From: Hormiphora californensis
Taxonomy: Eukaryota > Animalia > Ctenophora
NCBI GenBank assembly: GCA_020137815.1
Contig: CM035355.1
Span: 4,526,001 to 4,590,000 of the forward strand
Direction of reading: 5' to 3'
DNA length: 64,000 nt
Under the pieces are notes generated by a model. The model was not told the origin of the DNA and ran no database searches. It worked only from the letters and a program-made list of their open reading frames with translations. Position 1 is the stretch's first letter. Each line of letters begins with the position of its first letter. The translations under genes and the position numbers were made by a program. Shown here in pieces: positions 1-27,046 of the stretch.

Positions 1-301
1 AGCCACACACATCCAAAAGTGAACACCACGAAAAAGGGGAGCACTGGATGCGCTGTAACAAGATGGGGTGCTCAAAAAGAACCAAAATACACTAATTTCT
101 TTAGTCCTCTCTCTCACACACACACACATGGCCATTATATATTTCGTCTCCCTCCTTCTCTCACACTGCACGTGTTTAGTCCAGGATGCCCAGATCACTT
201 CTGCAGTACACGACTACAAAAAAAACTCAAATTTTAGTTGTCTCACTTTCTATATCTTGCTATATAATTCTCCGGGAAAAAAGAAAGTCTCTATCTTTTA
301 G

Positions 302-2749
<2,448 letters not shown>

Positions 2750-2760
2750 CCTACAGCATA

Positions 2761-3150
2761 GAGAGGGGTTAGTGGGGGAGGAAGGGTAAGTATGGGGCAG
2801 GGTGGGTGGTTAGAGGGGAGGAAAGGGTTAGTAGGGGGAAGGGTGGGTGGTTAGTGGGGGAGGAAAGGGTTAGTAGGGGGAAGGGTGGGTAGTTAGAGGG
2901 GAGGAAAGGGTTAATAGGGGGAAGGGTGGGTAGTTAGAGGGGAGGAAAGGGTTAGTAGGGGGCAGGGTGGGTGGTTAGAGGGAGGAAAGGGTTAGTAGGG
3001 GGAAGGGTGGGTGGTTAGAGGGAGGAAAGGGTTAGTAGGGGGAAGGGTGGGTGGTTAGAGGGGAGGAAAGGGTTAGTAGGGGGAAGGGTGGGTGGTTAGT
3101 GGGGAGGAAAGGGTTAGTAGGGGGAAGGGTGGGTGGTTAGAGGGGGAGGA
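2761..3150. repeat. G-rich ~41-bp minisatellite immediately upstream of the RAD23 ATG
   Basis: About 9 copies of ggggaggaaagggttagtagggggaagggtgggtggttaga. Confidence 0.9.
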
Positions 3151-3369
3151 ATCTGAGAGGGGATTATGTCGGGGTTGAGACGGTATTCGGTACTAAGTTA
3201 GAACTTCTAACCCGCCTTCACATTTGTTTTGCAAAGAGATAAGAGAGGGTCGAACAAGGCAAGCTAACAAGATTGGACACATTTTCAGTCCATGTAATAG
3301 CAGATATCGATATCGCGGTAATGGAAGATACAACCAGTTAGCGGATGGGCTTGTTAAAATAACCCCACA

Positions 3370-3642
3370 TTCCTCCATGTGTTCACTTCTTCGGTGTAAT
3401 GACAGTTCTGCTGGAATCTGGAACCCTTCTGGACAAGATCAGTACTCGAATATAACCGTCTCTGGGTGATTTCTCATAACATGTCTTCTCCAGCCGTATA
3501 GACTCAACAATACAATCCCATAATCATGACGTCATGTTCGGTTGTGCTCATGATGGATAGGATGTCTAATATAGCTCAATCTTGTGGACACTGTTAGTCC
3601 ACATCGGTCAACTGGACATGGCCATTGAGTCTTCCCAACAGC
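3370..3642 (-). pseudogene. Degenerate C2H2 zinc-finger array remnant
   Basis: One frame reads WPCPVDRCGLTVSTRLSYIRHPIHHEH..T*RHDYG..SLYGWRRHVMRNH..FEY*SCPEGFQIPAELSLHRRSEH, with two in-frame TGA codons and lost cysteines. Confidence 0.5.
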
Positions 3643-4143
3643 TATAACGGGGGTAGTAAAATACTGTAGTTTCCATTGTTAGGACGACATATATAATCCC
3701 TGATTCTGTGACACTGTGTTCCTAGAATTTTTTCAACACAAATTTATTTGTCTCTGAGACATTGTTATTTGTCTCAACTCTCAACCCCCTGTAGGATCTA
3801 GCCTAGCCTATGGAAAAAGTAATGGCCAATCATGAAAATAATTCACAGAAATACAGTCGGACACCGTGTCCGGGACACGCCCCAATTTAACGGACAAAAC
3901 CCTTTTCCCCCGAGGATGCCGGGGTCCGATTATGCTTGGAAAAAGTAATGGGCTGCAATGGAGTGTGTTTTTCATGGTGACTTGAAACGAAATTTAAACT
4001 GGTATGGGGACTGGTATCCCCTGATTTTGAAAGATTACACCAGCGACTGTAGTCACTTCAGAAAAGTAAATTTCTAGGAGATCTCCAGGTTCAGCAACCT
4101 CAGAAAGGGTCGCTGGAACTTTTCGTCTGACGAAATCCATGTT

Positions 4144-4300
4144 GAGGGGGTGATCCCTGTATTGATCTCACGTGGTTCGAAGTTTGGTCAGGCATAGAAA
4201 CATTTTGCTATTGAAATTTGTTCACCTTTGTAACATCCCGAGTCTTCTATGCCTGACCAAACTTCGAACCACGTGAGATCAATACAGGGATCACCCCCTC
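4144..4300. mobile_element. Small fold-back/MITE-like inverted repeat with 56-bp arms
   Basis: 4144-4199 is the exact reverse complement of 4245-4300. Confidence 0.75.
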
Positions 4301-4529
4301 TCTACCACGGAAGGTGTCATCAGCCCTATACAGCTGATCCAGAGGTGACGAAATCCAGACCGGAATTCTCAATTCTCATCCGACCCTGTGCTGTTGCTGT
4401 AACCCAAACACAGCATAAATATTAGTTACTCTCAAGTGCATACTGGATACTATACAACCCTTCTTCACCTCTGACTCAAGAGATCACGACGTGACATCGC
4501 AAATTTAAAAAAACTAAAAACGTCATAAT

Positions 4530-5570
4530 ACGGGTGCCATTACGATCTGAGTGTTTGCTGGCGTGTTTACAGGTGCACACTGCCAAAAAGTACCTTTGTA
4601 TTGGCTAAAATGGCTCTAATGCTGCATTCTCGGAGGATGTAAGGCCAGTCGTCACACGTCTTTCCAAGGTTGGGGGTGCAAAAGAGCACACAAAGGACTA
4701 GCAAATCCTGTCATATGAATACAGGGAGAAGGCGCATATGCAGTAACGTGCGATGTCTTATTTCTAAAGCAACTCACTCTTGTTAGCATTCCCACTCAGG
4801 GCTACAGCTACATCTTTGCACCTCCAGCTCGGAATGACGCGCGACGAGAAGACAGCATAACCACCAAACCACTCAACCGTTTGGGATGATCCAAAGTTTA
4901 TCTGATAGGAAATTTCAGCCCTAACCCCAATCCAAACTGTACTTTGGCCCTAACCCTAAAAAACCGTTAGTGCTGACACTCCAAACACCTAGATGTTAAC
5001 GTTGGCTTGGCAAATGCTATTGACGCTATGGGATAAGACAGCACTTTTTAAAAAGTTGGCCCGTAAAAACCGCGGGCGCCTGAGCTGGAAACCTGGCCAA
5101 CGTTAAAAACTGGGTGATTGGAGTGCCGGCACTCACGGTTTTTAGGGTTAGGGCTAAAGTAGGGTTTCGATTGGGGTTTCGATTGGGGTTTGGGTTGGGC
5201 TTGACATTTCCTATCAGATAAACTTTGGATTTGCCAAAATGGTTGAAAGCAGGGTACTTTTTTGACAGCGTGCACCTGTAAATAGGCCTCCAAACAACCA
5301 GATCGTAACGGCACCCTAGAAACTTGGCAAACGCTGTAGTGCTTTTCAACCTGAGGAAACAACTTGGCAACGACTGTTGACCGTATTGCAGCGCGGGATA
5401 AGGCAGCGCTTTTCAAGGAAACAACAAGCCGACACCGGGGCGTCCCGTCTCAGAAGCCTCAAAATATTAAAAAAGCTTGGCAAACGCCGCTGACGGGATA
5501 AGGCAGCGGTTTCGGTTGGCAAACGTTGCTGGCCCCCGATAGCGCGGGATAAAGCAGCGCTTTTCAACGG
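4530..5570. repeat. Dispersed repeat family with CCCTAA-like internal runs (cgttacgatctgggtgtttgg...tgtttacaggtgc...ccctaaccctaa); two copies here in opposite orientation
   Basis: Related copies at 6828-7076, 35072-35290, 57172-57415 and 57555-57830. Confidence 0.75.
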
Positions 5571-5604
5571 TTTCGGGTTTTCAAAAAAACAAACCTCCCT
5601 AATA

Positions 5605-7105
5605 AAGTCGGATTTTTTGAAACTGTCACCCCCCTAGAGTTTTCAAATTTCTTTAAATGACCATAAGTCCGGTTCCTGATGAGATAGAGACTTGAAATTT
5701 GGAAGTTACGAAGATCTTGCTAAGTTCTTGCGAACCTCCAAATTTCAAGTCTCTATCTTATCAGGAACCGGAGAAATGACAAATTTTTTATTTAAGGGGG
5801 TTGGCATACGTTGCAGGCCCCTTATAATATAATATAAGGGGCCTGGAGGGAATACCGCGCTAGGGGGGAATACATAATCAATCATATCTCCGGTTTCAGA
5901 TAAGGTACAGAAATCGTTTTGGTAGCGTTGGAAAGAGGAAGATAACAGCTTTCAAATGCAACCGGTTTCAGGTCTCTATCTTATCAGGAACAGGAGATAT
6001 GAACCAAACTCCGCAAAATCGAGTGCGGTAAAATCAAAATTTGAATGAAATTTTAAAAAAGGTGTCCCTGCAAGAATCTGTGACGTCACTTTTTGAAAAC
6101 AACCCATCTTTCAACGGCTATTGCTCAGCCTCCTTAAGTCCAATTAACTTCTCTCAAAAACAGCAAGGTAGATAATCGTCAGATCTAACAACTGGTGAAA
6201 GAATCAAGTCAAACGGACTTCAGGAGCCAAAGTTATAAGCACCGCCGTTTTTTCGACCGCAAAGTTATCTTCGACCCAGCCGGGATCAGGCCAAACGCGC
6301 GCGCGGCATTCCCTCCAGTCCCCTCGTTGCGGGGGTGCGCGCATGAGGGGGCTGCAGCGCATTCCAATTAAGGGGGGTGACAGTTTCAAAAAATCCGAGT
6401 AAAGTCGGATTTTTTGAAACTGTCACCCCCCTGGGTATTTTCAAATTTCGTAAATGACCATGAATCCGGTTCCTGACGAGATAGAGACTTGAAATTTGGA
6501 GGTTACGAAGATCTTGCTAAGTTCTTCCGAACCTCCAAATTTCAAGTCTCTATCTTATCAGGAACCGGAGATATGTCAAATTTTGTTAATTCAGGGGGGT
6601 GACAGTTTCAAAAAATCCGACTTTAAAGTCGGATTTTTTGAAACTGTCACCCCCCTGAATTAACAAAATTTGACATATCTCCGGTTCCTGATAAGATAGA
6701 GACTTGAAATTTGGAGGTTCGGAAGAACTTAGCAAGATCTTCGTAACCTCCAAATTTCAAGTCTCTATCTCGTCAGGAACCGGATTTATGGTCATTTACG
6801 AAATTCGAAAATACCCAGGGGGGTGACGGGCGCCGTTACGATCTGGGTGTTTGGTGGCCTGTTTACAGGTGCGCGCTGCCAAAAAAGTTGATTCACTAAA
6901 ACGGCTCTAACCGCCGAACCAATCAACCGTTTTGGCTAATTCAAAGTTTATCTGGTAGGGAATGTCAAGGCCTAACCCCAACCCAAACCCCAACCCTAAC
7001 CCTAACCCTACTTTAGCCCTAACCCTAAAAAACCGTTTGTCAGCACTCACGAAACACCCAGATTTTAACGCTGGCCGGGGGTGACAGTTTCAAAAAATCC
7101 GACTT
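5605..7105. mobile_element. Cluster of TA-flanked MITEs with TIR AAGTCGGATTTTTTGAAACTGTCACCCC
   Basis: TIR copies at ~5605, 6372-6398, 6402, 6595-6623, 6626 and 7078-7105. Same family at 26896-27046 and ~35350-35563. Confidence 0.8.
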
Positions 7106-8102
7106 TATATAAAAAAAGCAAAGCTCAAAACAAAAAAGTAAAATGTAAAAACCGAAGGCGCGCGCGGCGCTAAATCAGCCGCGCCAAGTTAAATTTAAAA
7201 TTATTGCCGCGGCTCGTTGTCGTGGGAAGATTTTTAATTTTCATTTGCAAAAATTCTGATGAGCCGTATAAATGGACCCCCTTTCATAGCCAGAGTTGGC
7301 CATGGGCATGGAATACCGAATGGGATTCCTCTGAGCTGCAACTCACCAGAAAATATTGGGATGAGTCCAACTCCAAGTGTGCGCGCAGTGATTTTGGTCG
7401 CGCAAAGTGCTGACAGTTAACAGAGAGGACGTCGCGCCCTACTTCAAGAACTGGTGAGCACTGGTCCCCGTCCTGTGGCAGTGGCACCAACCTGCAGTGT
7501 CACACAACCTGTCGGGCGGCGCCACACCCCGACATGATTCTCAGTACGCTCAGATGGGATCTGCGGCGCAGGACAGGTGCCACAGGACCGATTCTCGCTC
7601 GGTTTAGGGGTAGTCCTAAGTCCCTTAGTCCTCTAGTCCCTTCGACCAATGAAACCATGAATTTGAAATTCAATGTTGGTATGAGTATGACTATATAATG
7701 AGGTATCTCGAGCATAGACCTGATATGAGCTCAAAACGGGGTCTTGTGCTATCAGATAGGCTCCCGTTGACTAGGTTTAGAAGAGCAGTTAGTACAGGGA
7801 AAGTGCTGTTAATTAATCTCTAGGGAACAGATTTTGTCTAAGCCGTTCTAAGTCTAGCCTCTCTTTGTTTCTATCTGTCACTGTTTCAATACAGTCCTGT
7901 CAGACCGGGGGGGGGGGGGGGGTAGGCGTCTCTTTAATTTTCCAGACTCCAACCTCCTACCTAGTACCTGGTCAATACCATGACTCATGTCTTGTGTCCT
8001 TGTGATATTGCCAGCCGGTCATTGAAGTGTCAAAAGCAATGAAAAGGGTGCTATTATAGTTTTACCTCTCCTTGGTCCTCCCAATTATTACCACTTCGTA
8101 AA

Positions 8103-8202
8103 TAGTAGGGACGTTAGTGTCGGGATTGATTGATTGATTGATTGGGTGATGTCAGGGATTTTGAAATTTCCCTGACATCACCTCACACTATCGTCCCTAC
8201 TA
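8103..8202. mobile_element. Small MITE-like hairpin element (TAG...CTA termini, possible AAA target duplication)
   Basis: Termini tagtagggacg...cgtccctacta with an internal gtgatgtcaggga/tccctgacatcac stem. Confidence 0.55.
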
Positions 8203-8885
8203 AAACGAGTAGGACACACTTTTAGTTTTTACAGAGTGGAAACAAAATGGAACTTGGTGGTGGTATGTTCTACAGAGTGAAACTTGGTGGTGGTATAAAT
8301 GTCCGACTGCGTTCCTCCCAGCTGCTGTCACTTTTAGCAGCGTCGATCAATTCGATTAACCACGATAAGGGCAAATAGAGATTTAAATCTCAAGAAACGT
8401 CTGACGTGTCTGACTAGTTCATTATACGGACCAAATTAAATGTCAACATTTCTCACCAAAAATGGATTACTTGCCCCCGTTTCCCCGAAACCAATCCTAA
8501 AAGTAAACAGTCTATCACAGAGAAGTGGTAAAATATTAGCTGTCAATGTATTGGGGATTCCATGGTCCTTCCTTTTTCTAGTAAGGGGCCAATCAATTTT
8601 GACAGCCCCAGCTAGGATGTTTTAGTGAAGGAATCAGCTTGATAGATAGTGGTTTGATCCCTTACTATTCTGACTGCCATGCCCCCAAAAATTACAGGAA
8701 TTACCAAACTGTGGAATTCAAGACAATTTCCCCGGACAAAAACTTCTTCTTCGCCAAAAGATCATCCCTACTTCAAAGTGAGCTTCCAATTGTGAGTTCT
8801 TACCACCGCCGTCTGATCTGATCTTGTTGAACAATATCCTGTATCTGATCGGACCTTGGGGAACACACATGCCACCAGAGTGAAG

Positions 8886-9035
<150 letters not shown>

Positions 9036-9389
9036 CAGAATAACCGGTGGTGGTGAACTTCCAATCCCGGGAGACGATAAAGTGGTGAAGTTACAAGCCA
9101 CCTGTCCAAATTTACTGGCCCGGTAATCTAGCTAAAGAAAGTGAGAAACAGAGATACGAAACTAGCTTCTGCTCTGTCTCGACTGTCTGATCTGGCAGCA
9201 GTTTCAGTTAAATCAGAAACAGTAACTTTAGTAATTTCTGATCACATGGTATCATATAGAAAGGAATGGGAGAGATAGAGGAAGATAGGTAGCACCAGAC
9301 TTGGAAGTGATCGTGGAGGTTTATACTTTATAGTTCTGAAGTCTTGTCATCTGGAACTAAACTATTTTATAGCAAGATAAAAACTTAGG

Positions 9390-12300
9390 GACCCCCCCCC
9401 TCTCTCTCACTCTCACTCTCTCTCTCTCTCTCTCTCTCGTCTCTTTTTTTGTTTTCTCTCTTCCCCCTTTTCCTCCCCCTCCCCTTTTTTCCCCCCCTTC
9501 TCTTTTTCTCTCTCCCCCTTTTCCCCTTTTTTTGGAAATCTTCCTTTTTAAATTTTGGGAAAATTAAAACCCTTTTGCATCATGTTCGACGTCACCCTTT
9601 CCCCTTCCGTTTTCCCCTTTTGGGGTTCCCCTATTAGGGGGTTTCCTAAACCCAAACCCAAATCCCTAAGGGGTTTTATGCTCTAACTTCTAAATTTCTG
9701 GGGGGGGTGCGAGGCAATCAGAGATCTTGACATCTCACCTAATAGATTTCGACCCCCCTCCAGTCCCCATGCATGGGTGGACAGCTTTTTAATAGGCAGA
9801 GCTTTTTTTTTTTTTCTTTGGGAGGGATTTTTTTTAAAATTAACCCCCCTTTTCCAACTAATAGCTAAGTAAAGGTGACCACTAAAAGCTAAAAATTTTT
9901 AAATTATTTTATTTAATCACTGAAACTCCCCAGAAACTGCATTTTTTCCTTTGGGGTATTTGGGGTTTTTGTTATGTTCAAAACCCCTTCCTTTAAAGGG
10001 GTTTTGAGGGGGGAAAACCCAAAAAAAAAACCCCCCCCCCCAAAAAAGGCAGATGCCCCTCGGGGCAACTTTTACAGGGCCAAAAACCTTTCTCATTTTT
10101 TTAAAATTTTTAAGGGTTCTGACGGGGGGGAACCCGGGTAAATTTGGGCCGCCTGACAAAACAACCATAACCATACTTTGTTGAGTAACCCCTATAGTGG
10201 AGAAAGCGGGGGGGAAAGTAATTAAATAGCAGGGGGGGGGATACTGGGGGTGATGAACTTTAAAACCGCCCTTTGTGCTCATTTCCCAAAGGCCCCGGGG
10301 AAAATGTCCCAAAAAATTTATTTTTCAGGCTGATCACTTATAAAAATATTTTAACAGCTTTTTTAACCGCCCCCTCCTCCGGAAAGGAAAAGGGGGGAGA
10401 GGGGGAAGGGAGTGAGAGAAAAGGGAGAAAAGAGAAGGGAGAGAGAAAAGAAAAGAGAGAGGACGAAACCAAAGGGAGGATGATGGTGAGGGGAAAATGA
10501 TTGTAATGAATTTTTTTTGCCAGAAAAAAACACACTGATGGGGGGGGACGGGAATTTATAGAAGTTGCCAATCGATCAAATATTAGCCTGCCTTTGTACT
10601 CATTCCAGCAACCCTCTTTTTTCTCTTCTCTTTTCCTCTCTCTCCCCTCCCTCTCTCCCCCTTTTCTCTCCCCCCTTCCTTCTCTCCCGTTGTCTTTCCC
10701 CCCTTCCCCCTTTTTTTCTTTTTTTCTCTTTTTTTTCCCCCTTTTCCCCTCTTTTTCCTTCTTTTTCTTTTCCCCCCCCTTCCCTTTTTCCCCCCCTTTT
10801 TCCCCTTTTTCCTCGGCGGTCCCTTCCCCCTTTTTTTCCCTCGTCCTGTCTTTTCCCCCCTTTCCTTTCCCGCCCCCCCCTCCCCCCGTTTCCCTTTTTT
10901 CCTTTTTTTGCCCCCTCCCTCCTTTTTTCGCTCCCCCTTTTCCCTTCCCCTTTCCCCTTTCTCCGTTCCTTCTTTTTTTTCTTTTTTTCCCCTCCTCTTT
11001 TCCCCCCTTCTTTTTCTCTTTTTTTCCCTTTTTTCCTCTTTTCTCCCCTTCTTTCCTTTTTCCTTTGTTTGGGCCTTTGAACCCCTTTAATTTAGTAAAT
11101 TGGTTTTATCACGGGCTTTTTTAGAAATTTTTTGTTTTTTTGGTTTTCAGAAGGAAAATCCAACCCCACAGGGTCCCCCGGACCCAAATTCGGTTGGACC
11201 GGGGGCATGGGCCCCCTTAGTTTGTTCCCCTTTTAAGGGGGGGGGGGGGGGGGGCCGGGGGTTTAGGCCCGCCCTTCGCCCCACGGGGATGGGGTGGGCG
11301 CGGGGGTCCCGTTTCTGGGGGCTCCTCCTGGCTCCTCTCTCGGCCCTTCTTCCCCCTTAATCCCCCTTTCGCTCTCCTCTTGGGTCTTACCGGGGCCTCG
11401 GTTCTTCCCTCCTCTTGGGGGTCCTCTCCTTTTCTCCTTTTTCCCCTAAATTGGGGGCCTCTTTCGCCCTCCCTCTCGGCCTCCCCCCCCTCCCTCCCAA
11501 GGGGGGGCCCCCCGGCAATCCCCAAGGGGAAAGGAGATTGGGGACCGGGAGCCCGGGAAATTAAAATTCTTCTTCTCTTCTTTTCTTCTTTCCTCTCTTT
11601 CTCTTTTCTCTTTCTTCTCCCTTTTCTTTTCCTTTTTTTTTCAATTCTTCCCCTTTCTCTTTTTTGTTTTTCTTCCTTCCCCCCTTTTTTTTCCCCTCTT
11701 CCTCTCCCTAAGGGGTTGCCGAAAAAAAATTTTAAATGGTGATTGAAAAAGGAATTAGAGGCCATTCTTTTTGGTGTCCCAATTCTTTTAAAACCTTTTC
11801 CGCCCTTCATTATTACCTCCCAAAAACCATCTAATTTGAAAAAGCAACCAAATTGAAAACCCTTCCAGGGGTCCATTGGGGCCGTGACCCCCCAACCCCT
11901 TTCTTTTTCCCTTTTTCCCTTTTTTTTTCTTTTTTTGGGGTTTTTTCCTCTTTTTTTTCCACCTTGCCCAAACAAAACCGTTTTCCTCTCCTTCCCAGGT
12001 TCACGGGGGTTCCTTCTCGCCTGTTTTGGGGCCCCTTTGGGTTTCCCCCCGGGGTTTTTGGGGCCCCTTTTCCCCAATCCTGGAGTTAGAAAAATTCAAA
12101 CCCGCCCTGCCCTCGGCCCTTTGTTGCACGTGCCATTTTAAAGGGTTAAACAAATAGTCAGTTTCCCCAAAACCAAATGGGAAGGGCTATAGCTTCCAAT
12201 AAACCAGGATTAAATCTTTTTTGGATAAATGGGGTTTTTAAAAAAATTGTGGGGGGGTTGAGTTTTTTTTTAATTTTATTTTCCTCTAAACCCCCCGGGA

Positions 12301-12620
12301 AAACGCCCAATCCAAAAATTTTTTTTGGGCGCCCCATTTTTAAAATATTAGGGGGAAAACAAGATTATTTTCAAAAAACAATAAAAAAAATCGGTGGTTT
12401 ATACTAGATGCTGAACCGTGTCTACAAATTCGGGTTTTATTTAAAATTCCAAAGGGCCCATATAATCAAACCAAAAACCTGTGTCCAGGGTTTAAAAGTA
12501 CAAATAAAAATAAAAAAAACTAATTGAAAACACAAAATGGTAACAAGTGTCTAGAAACTAGAATTTTGGCCCAGAGTGCCCAATTCTGGGTTTGAAAGAA
12601 TTTTTAAAACTTGTCTGGGG
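9390..12620. other. Probable low-quality or error-rich assembled sequence
   Basis: Abrupt switch to homopolymer-inflated sequence (runs of t, c, g and a) unlike the flanks. No coherent ORFs or repeats. Confidence 0.75.
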
Positions 12621-12715
12621 TGTAGATTAATATCCCAAAGCTGATGACATGCTTATATAATGTGATGAATAATATGAATAGAAACAGAAAACACAAAAAC
12701 CCCGGGACACTGATC

Positions 12716-12965
12716 ACCAATATATAACGAAAAAACATGACCAATTAATATACTGAATTGACCAATTAATATACTTAATTGACCAATTAATATACTGAAT
12801 TGACCAAATAATATACTTAATTGACCAATTAATATACTGAATTGACCAATTAATATACTTAATTGACCAATTAATATACTGAATTGACCAATTGATATAC
12901 TGAATTGACCAATAAATATACTTAATTGACCAACAAGTATACTTAATTACCATTTAGTATACTTA
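12716..12965. repeat. 21-bp AT-rich minisatellite
   Basis: About 11 copies of aattgaccaattaatatact(g/t). Confidence 0.9.
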
Positions 12966-13580
12966 ACTGATGGCTCAGCAACAATCTTGTATTCATCTTG
13001 TATCTTTGTATCTTCTTAATCTCATTATCGCCTATCTCTTTCTCTTCATAATACTGTCATATATTGGTAGTGTTATATATATTTATATATATAGCATTAT
13101 GTGTATATATCAAACCTAAAAATGGGTAAAAAATGTGACATAATATGTATGACAAAATAATATAATCATTATACTATAACCATCATTATTAACAGATGAA
13201 TTCAAAAAGTTGATTCAGTTGGATAAATGTATGTTAACTAACTTGAACAGTTAAGTTAATCAAATACAGCCAACTTTGTATTATAGAGGAAGTGTAAAAC
13301 TTTCTTCATATATAGTTTGGGGGATTCTGTGTGTATAAATAAAATATATGTGTGACTTAAAAAAGATATGTGACAAAACATTCCCATCAAAAAACATGGG
13401 TCTCTCATTATAATATCGCACTTTGCTTCTTCATTGTTACCGTATTTCTAATCTCTCCTGTCTGCTGGTCTGGAGATCTCATCAAAAAGCAATTTATATT
13501 CAGGACCTTTCAACTCCTCTCTCTCTATATCTCTCTTATACATCTCTCTCTCTCTCTTTCTCCCTCTTTATCTCCATCTT

Positions 13581-13655
<75 letters not shown>

Positions 13656-14286
13656 GAATTTCTCTGTATCTCTCTCATCAAATAATATAAAGGTGTACAA
13701 CATTAGCGGGAGAAATAACTCTTCAACGCATCAATGGCACCCTTCACTTTGACAGAGGGAAGATAGCACCCTTGATAATAACACTGAGCAATTCCGATCT
13801 GTTATTGAGATCGATCAGGTGCATTGTTCTGCCATCTTCATCTTCTTCCCCAGTTTCTCTTTATCTAACATCTCTTTCTCACTCTATAATATCTTCTTCT
13901 CCTCCTCGAGTTTGTCACTCTTTATAACATATTTGATCGATCTATATATTTCTCACTAGCTCGAATCTCACTTCAATTTAACCCTTGTGTGGACATAATA
14001 ATACTACTAATAATAATAAGTAACATTATAATACTAATAATAACACACGAACGTCAGCTTAGTACAGGGCCAGATTTATTTATTTTAATATCCAAAGTGA
14101 GTAGCATAGAGAATAATAATAAAGAGCTCAATGGATATCGTTTAGATTTTGAATTTTTGAAAGAAAAACGATAGCCATTTTCTCTTTTTATCTTTCTCTC
14201 TCCATGCATGGTTCTACTATATACAGCAAAATACACATAAATCAACAGCGGCATACAACAACAAAAACACAGTACGATATAATATA

Positions 14287-14371
14287 CAGGGTGCTTCAAA
14301 AAACTTGACCCATATCGGGGTACTTTCAGTATACGGTACTTGGTATGAGTCATGTTTTTTGAAACACCCTG
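14287..14371. mobile_element. Short Tc1/mariner-type MITE
   Basis: ta|CAGGGTGcttcaaaaaac...gttttttgaaaCACCCTG termini. Confidence 0.65.
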
Positions 14372-14587
14372 CACTACATATTATAATATATGATCATAAC
14401 ATGAATCTTATATGTATAGAAAAAATACACAAATGTATACGCTATACACGTTAGTGTACAATAAACCCCAGTGTGTATAACATGTATAGCAATGTATATT
14501 TAATGTACAAACGTAGGGGGGAACTGCGTATGCTACATACCGATAAAAAATCAAAATATTTCAATAACGTCAAGTGATGAGGACCAG

Positions 14588-14764
<177 letters not shown>

Positions 14765-14969
14765 CTCAAACTAGATCTGCTGGTTCGCAAAATAAATCTA
14801 CTGAATATAGTCAGGAAAATGGTTAAAATTAAAGAAACCCTAGGATTATGACCCGTTTCAACCCTGTGATAATATATCAGTAAAGAAACAATTAATATTT
14901 TACAGCTAAGGCTATATTTTACACGTACAACAAACAAAGCTAATTCTAGGCTGAATAACAACAATTAGT

Positions 14970-15078
14970 CAGGAACCGACCGACACAAGTAAACAACCAA
15001 TCATAACTCGTTATTTAGGTCACGTGACTGGTTATCAGCCAATCAGTGACCAGTATTTCCTGATTCGGTCGGTTCCTG
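14970..15078. mobile_element. ~110-bp MITE with TIR CAGGAACCGACCGA; partial copy at ~31002-31082
   Basis: caggaaccgaccga...tcggtcggttcctg termini. The second copy shares the caagtaaacaaccaatca and gtgactggttatcagccaatcag internal sequence. Confidence 0.75.
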
Positions 15079-15343
15079 CAACTAGTTCAATCAAATGATG
15101 TCTCATTATATTTTCAGAGATCTCATATCATACTCAGTAATACTTTTGATAATAATTTTCTCATTTCTTCTAGCTTATATAACTCAAATATAACTCTCTC
15201 TCACTTTATATAAATAGGATGTGACGTCATATCTCTCCGAATGGTCTGACAAGGGCCCATGATAGTAATGTTCATATAAATTAGGGGGAAGTTGTGTGTG
15301 ACGGTGTGTGATATACGGGCCTATAATGGTGGTAAAATAGTGT

Positions 15344-25927
<10,584 letters not shown>

Positions 25928-26895
25928 ATCAGGAGTTGAGGTTGTGTTGTTGGGCGCCCGATTCAGCTTTGTATACACGTCATTGCACACGCTTGAGAGG
26001 ATGCATACTTTTTGAAGAATCTGAGAGAGGGGGTAAAATAGTTGGAGTGGTCGTCGTCGGTAAATCATTTACATTCTGTCTGAATGAGCTGTATTTTGAG
26101 CTCTATTCAAGAATTTCAAGGAGGAGGGAAATGAATCTAGGTCTCTGAAGGGGCTGGGCCTTACAAATCTGGCGTTATTAGGGTTATTATAGGCATAAGG
26201 CATGTTCCTAAAGGCACTCGCTTGATTGAGTGTAATACATCGTCTCTCTCTCCCCCTCTATCTCTCCCCCTCCCTCTCTCTCTCTATAATACTCCTCCGA
26301 GCAGGCTATGCTACTACATAACTACAGTATTGGGGGGTAGTCACGTGTCCACCGTATTGCTAACAATATTACTTGACTATTGTGAGTAGCACACACAAGA
26401 TTTTACGGATTAATAAATGTAAAATTGTAGAGCGCCATGTGTGACAAGAAGAAGTAGGCCACGCCTAACACATCTTACTACTATGTAGTATGATCCCCCC
26501 CCTAGATAAGCTGATACACGCCCTATTGATATTAAACATGGCCCCAAAACAATAAGCATATTGAAGACACGCCCAATTGACACACAGCTTTACTGGAAAC
26601 TAAATAGTGTGAAGGGGCTTAAAATCGAATTGTGAAATTAGTCGGCAGATGACAAAATAAGGAGTAAGTGGGTAAAACCACAGAGGGTCATTAATTACTT
26701 AATCTTACATTAATCTAGACAAAGTGCAATGCTTACATTTGTAGAGATGGTTGTTTGGATACTATCTTTTAGGGAAATTTTCAGTTCTTCGCCAATTGAG
26801 TTTATCACTTCGGCAAACGTCTGGAAAGAGAAATCAAAATCAGGAACATGTAAACACTCAAATCTTGCAAAACATGATTTAACTTATAGTGGGTA

Positions 26896-27046
26896 AAGTC
26901 GGATTTTTTGAAGTTGTCACCCCCCTTTTCGTGCGCGGAATGTTTTTGCGCGTCACATCATATGTTAAAGTGTGGTGTGCGCGTCAAAATTGATAAATTT
27001 CACATGCGCGGTCATTTTGGGGTGACAACTTCAAAAAATCCGACTT
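26896..27046. mobile_element. MITE of the AAGTCGG-TIR family
   Basis: TA|AAGTCGGATTTTTTGAAGTTGTCACCCC...GGGGTGACAACTTCAAAAAATCCGACTT|TA. Confidence 0.85.

Noticed and set aside
9390-12620. Long Phe/Pro/Lys/Gly-rich ORFs such as 11217-12077 (286 aa)
   Set aside because: They arise from homopolymer-inflated, probably erroneous sequence and show no domain or splice structure.
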